Assembly: GCA_964603945.1 (NCBI GenBank)
Contig: CAZRWP010000005.1
Coordinates: forward strand, 432-64,431
Direction of reading: 5' to 3'
DNA from: an uncultured Pseudomonadales bacterium
GTDB taxonomy: Bacteria; Patescibacteriota; Microgenomatia; UBA1400; UBA1396
Length of the DNA: 64,000 bases
Shown here: in pieces, positions 60,630-64,000 of the stretch
Position numbering within the stretch: position 1 is the stretch's first letter
Layout of the letters: each line of letters starts with the position of its first letter
The notes under the pieces: model-generated
What the model was told of the DNA's origin: nothing
The model's database searches: none
What the model saw: the letters and a program-made list of their open reading frames with translations, nothing else
Translations under genes and position numbers: made by a program

Positions 60630-61358
60630 TCACTCAGTGGTCAAGCGCCAGAGGGTTTGAGCGAGCGTATTCATAAACAAATGCCTACTTTTCACAGTTT
60701 CCGGATCAAGTTCTTCAAACCTAAGTCTAACATTGCGTCTAACCGGTCGTTGTAGCCTCTTAAATGATCTAATCATTTCAGCCAGTGCATCCGTCCCACC
60801 TTTATGCGGATTGTAGCCATTCTCGTAGACAATTCCCAGAGCAAATACTGGCGCATCTAATTGTCGAGCAATGAATTCGGTGCCTCGCTTTAAGCCAACT
60901 GTGATTTCATCCAAACTACTTGCTAAACCAGCCCTGGTTCCTTGCGGATAAACAACAACGTGACTCTGTTTTTCCTCCATTACCCGTTTTGCTTGATTAA
61001 TCTCCGCTAACAAACTATCGCGAGTTACATTATCTCTCGTTATCGGCAAAATATTTAAACAAAGCGAAAGAACTAATCCCTTCCACCAAACGTCATAGAA
61101 AGTATCGCTAGCGGCTAAATAGTAAATTCTCTCACTACCTGGCATTAGAAACGAATTTAAGTGTTCACCGTGCGGATAGGGCAGAATCAATGACGGAGTA
61201 GAAGGAAAAGAACCTTCTGTCTCAACTTTATAATTGGCCAACTCAAGTAATAGCAAACGCATCAAGGGTTGTGACCATACGGAAATATATTCCGGGAATT
61301 TTGGCTCTTTATAAAATGAGCTATTAGTTAATTTTTCTAAAATACTTCTTTTACCCAT
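60630..61358 (-). CDS. PlsC-like (lysophospholipid acyltransferase) protein with degenerate motifs
   Basis: PHGEHLN in the HX4D position, YLAA, LPITR, VVYPQGTR and LKRG...IARQLDAPV. Confidence 0.68.
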   Translation of the reverse strand: MGKRSILEKLTNSSFYKEPKFPEYISVWSQPLMRLLLLELANYKVETEGSFPSTPSLILPYPHGEHLNSFLMPGSERIYYLAASDTFYDVWWKGLVLSLCLNILPITRDNVTRDSLLAEINQAKRVMEEKQSHVVVYPQGTRAGLASSLDEITVGLKRGTEFIARQLDAPVFALGIVYENGYNPHKGGTDALAEMIRSFKRLQRPVRRNVRLRFEELDPETVKSRHLFMNTLAQTLWRLTTE

Positions 61359-61425
61359 ATGAATATTTATTGGTGTAAACTGAGACTACTATATTACAAC
61401 TAATTATTTTGAGAGGAATTAGTCT

Positions 61426-61824
61426 ATGCACGGCTTTATAACAGACATCGAACAGGAAACAGTTGCCAACACGGCTTTTCGCAAGGTTTTATACACTGGT
61501 CGGCATAGTCAGCTGGTTTTAATGTCACTTAAGCCAGGCGAAGACATTGACTTGGAAATACACAACGACAACGACCAGTTTTTCCGCTTTGAGCAAGGTG
61601 AGGGAATTTGTTTCATAGATAGTCATGAGCATAAGGTTAAAGACGGCTCGGCGGTGGTGATTCCTGCCGGAGCAGAGCACAACATCCTCAACACCTCTAA
61701 AACAGAAGACCTTAAGATATATACCATCTACAGCCCGCCCCATCACCAAGATGGAATCATTCGCCAGACCAAATCTGAGGCAGTAGAGAATGAGGCAGAT
61801 TTTGATGGTGTCACCACAGAATAA
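61426..61824 (+). CDS. cupin-domain protein
   Basis: FRKVLYTGRHSQLVLMSL.PGEDI.LEIH..NDQFFRFEQG, IPAGAEHN and YTIYSPPHH. Confidence 0.9.
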   Translation: MHGFITDIEQETVANTAFRKVLYTGRHSQLVLMSLKPGEDIDLEIHNDNDQFFRFEQGEGICFIDSHEHKVKDGSAVVIPAGAEHNILNTSKTEDLKIYTIYSPPHHQDGIIRQTKSEAVENEADFDGVTTE

Positions 61825-61991
61825 TCCTTATCTTTGACAATAATATTTATATATCCTACTAATTTGCCCATATAGCATCTTTTTGCTATACTATATAGGT
61901 TGGTATAGCGATAGATTTGTTTCTCTTAGCCTTAATTCTAGACTCTAACTGACATTTTTTTAATTTACAGGCCAAGAGGACGAAAGATTTT

Positions 61992-63086
61992 ATGCATGAA
62001 GTTAGAAACACTAGTACAAAATTGTTAGTTAAAGCGGCTAAGGATCTTGGATTGCACGTAAAAGTGCTCTCAAGCAATCGAAGTTTTATTAAAGTCTCTT
62101 CAAGTCGGCAATCAATGTATATTCAGGCAACTTCCGTTCCTCTTAACAACCAAGTGGCGGCCAGAATTGCCAGTAATAAATTTTTCACTAAAAAAGTATT
62201 AGCAGAACATGACGTTCCTATTTTAAAAAGTTGGCTCGTTCGTAAAAAAAGCGAGGCACTAAAAATTGTTGAAAAACATCAGCCATTTCCGTTGGTCTTG
62301 AAGCCAACCCAAGGATCCCATGGAGATGATGTTTACGTTAATATCGAGAACATTGAAGAATTAAAGCCATTATTGGACAGAGTATTAAAAGGCTCGCCCG
62401 AAGATGGTTATCTAATTGAAAAATATTTTGCTGGTCGGGACTTGCGAGTTTCCGTGGTAGGCGACCAAGCTGTGGCCGTTTTAGAAAGAATCCCAGCTCA
62501 TGTGATTGGGGATGGCAAACATACCATTCGCCAGTTGGTTAAGAAATTTAATCAGCACCCCTTGGTTGGCGAAGGCTATGAAAAACCAATTTGCAAAATT
62601 CACCTAGATGCTGAGGCTAAAAGGATTTTAAACAAGCAACAGTTGACACCTTCCTCTGTGCCAGACAAAAACGTTAAAGTGTTTCTTCGGCACAATGCCA
62701 ACATCAGTACCGGCGGAATTGGACAAGATGTTACTGATGAAATCCCCACTAAAATTAAAAATATAGCCGTTTCAGCTAGTCAGGCAGTTGGTTTGGAAGT
62801 ATGTGGTGTTGATTTACTCTATGATGACATTACCGACTCAGCCGTTGTTCTAGAACTTAACGATGTGGCTGGTATTGATGTTCATCACTATCCAGTGATC
62901 GGGCAAGCCAGAGACGTGGCTGGCGCCATCATGAAACATTTATTTGCTGAATCGTTAGAGCAGTCTTCGGAAAACTCCCATAGTCTAAGACGTGACTTTA
63001 TGTCGATTTTCCATCACAATAACGATCAGTCAGATTATGTTTCTAAAGTTCGTCGACCCAGCCCTGCTAAACAAATTCGCAGTTGA
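61992..63086 (+). CDS. stand-alone ATP-grasp ligase (cyanophycin synthetase/GshAB-like ATP-grasp domain)
   Basis: NKFFTKKVL, PLVLKP..GSHGDDV, IEKYF.GRDLRV, RIPAHVIGDGKHTI, ANISTGG, CGVDL and VLELN. Confidence 0.85.
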   Translation: MHEVRNTSTKLLVKAAKDLGLHVKVLSSNRSFIKVSSSRQSMYIQATSVPLNNQVAARIASNKFFTKKVLAEHDVPILKSWLVRKKSEALKIVEKHQPFPLVLKPTQGSHGDDVYVNIENIEELKPLLDRVLKGSPEDGYLIEKYFAGRDLRVSVVGDQAVAVLERIPAHVIGDGKHTIRQLVKKFNQHPLVGEGYEKPICKIHLDAEAKRILNKQQLTPSSVPDKNVKVFLRHNANISTGGIGQDVTDEIPTKIKNIAVSASQAVGLEVCGVDLLYDDITDSAVVLELNDVAGIDVHHYPVIGQARDVAGAIMKHLFAESLEQSSENSHSLRRDFMSIFHHNNDQSDYVSKVRRPSPAKQIRS

Positions 63087-63786
63087 AAGCCTGACGTCTG
63101 GACTTTCGGTGGCGGCTGTATCCGCTTTAAGTAACCGCAAATTAAAAGTAAAATCCAACGGATCTATATCCTCATCTGGACCGCAATTAGTTATTTGCAA
63201 TCATCCAAGTGCAATCGATGGCTTGATTTTGATGTCAGTTATTAACCGACCTGATTTTTATATAGTAGCGGCCAAAACGAATCAAGTTTTTGGCTCATCT
63301 TTTACCAAACAAATGCTGCCGGTATATTTGTCAAATTTGCCCAAACATCAGTTTATTGATTATCTTAGAGTGCCGGTTGTAACCCAAATGGAAGGCAACA
63401 TTTCCCGTAAAGAAGCAATGAGCCGCAATCGGGCAAGCATTTCTCAAGCCGCTGAGAAAGTAAACGATGGACACAGCGTAATTATCTTTCCTGGCGGAGC
63501 CAATCCCTCGCAAGATATGAGCTGGAAAGTAGGTATCGGCTTTTTGATCAAAGCTGTAACTAAACCTGATCTAGAAATTGTTTTGGCTAATATTACTGGC
63601 ACTGATTGGCTTGATTCAATACGTCCAACTATTTTGGGACGACCCTCACCACTTATTCCTAATAAAGAAATTGTTGTTAATTTCAAGAAATTATCACTAA
63701 ATAATCTGGATTCTAATTTAAGTGGAAAATCATTGGCTAGGCAAGTAGAAAGTATATATCGTTTGAGTTGGCAAGACCAGGTTTAA
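63037..63786 (+). CDS. PlsC-family acyltransferase
   Basis: VICNHPSAIDG (HX4D), VAAK, VIIFPGG and WKVGIG. The likely ATG 63037 overlaps the ATP-grasp 3' end. Confidence 0.8.
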   Translation: MFLKFVDPALLNKFAVESLTSGLSVAAVSALSNRKLKVKSNGSISSSGPQLVICNHPSAIDGLILMSVINRPDFYIVAAKTNQVFGSSFTKQMLPVYLSNLPKHQFIDYLRVPVVTQMEGNISRKEAMSRNRASISQAAEKVNDGHSVIIFPGGANPSQDMSWKVGIGFLIKAVTKPDLEIVLANITGTDWLDSIRPTILGRPSPLIPNKEIVVNFKKLSLNNLDSNLSGKSLARQVESIYRLSWQDQV

Positions 63787-63839
63787 TTGCCATTGCAATA
63801 GTGTTAAGTTGGAACAAATAGTTTAGGAAGACTAATACT

Positions 63840-64000
63840 ATGGCGATTACTATTCGAGAAGCAAGACGTACTTATAAAGATAGACTACCAACCAGAGATC
63901 AAAATGTTTGGCATAATTACAATCAACAAGTAGAGTCAACTATTGAATTTGAACAAAGATTGGCTGAATTTGAGGCTGAATTTTTTGATATTTTATCCAG
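63840..64000 (+). CDS. 5' part of a hypothetical protein (runs off window)
   Basis: AGGAAG RBS, ATG 63840, open to the window end (MAITIREARRTYKDRLPTRDQNVWHN...). Confidence 0.5.
   Translation, partial: MAITIREARRTYKDRLPTRDQNVWHNYNQQVESTIEFEQRLAEFEAEFFDILS

Overview
Gene-dense chromosomal segment of a reduced-genome bacterium, most likely Patescibacteria/CPR of the Microgenomates type. This is inferred from the GAD-less AspRS, 70-aa ATP synthase delta, type-2 IleRS, divergent bL27 and the absence of biosynthetic genes. The standard genetic code is used (TGA, TAG and TAA all terminate conserved genes). The core carries dus, a glycan cluster (GT2-Wzx-GT2-O-antigen-ligase-like), an ABC-2 exporter, rarA, FKBP, eno, gpmA, gltX, a DD-carboxypeptidase, recJ, cca, secA, a RecD-like helicase, aspS, atpBEFHAGDC, murG-ftsQ-ftsA-ftsZ, ileS, rodA, rplU-(methyltransferase)-rpmA, rluB-like, parB and four tRNAs (Val-CAC, Lys-UUU, Glu-UUC, His-GUG). 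The best candidate for an undescribed system lies just 3' of tRNA-His. It is a compositionally foreign cassette in which a helical-domain/ACT protein (possible amino-acid sensor) is divergent from an operon of GNAT acetyltransferase, HDAC/acetylpolyamine-amidohydrolase-type deacetylase and class II lysyl-tRNA synthetase (50992-55207). Other notable items: a helically phased 31-bp non-coding repeat array (3323-3542); a 172-bp structured mini-element bounded by a duplicated tRNA-Glu 3' end that also supplies the aspS stop codon; a C39-like peptidase gene split by one TGA two codons before the catalytic Cys; a Trm11-like methyltransferase in the rplU-rpmA slot; pervasive -10 boxes 6-7 nt before start codons (leaderless mRNAs); and four singly disrupted genes at 55.4-58.1 kb. 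All family calls come from motif recognition by eye; no database searches were run.
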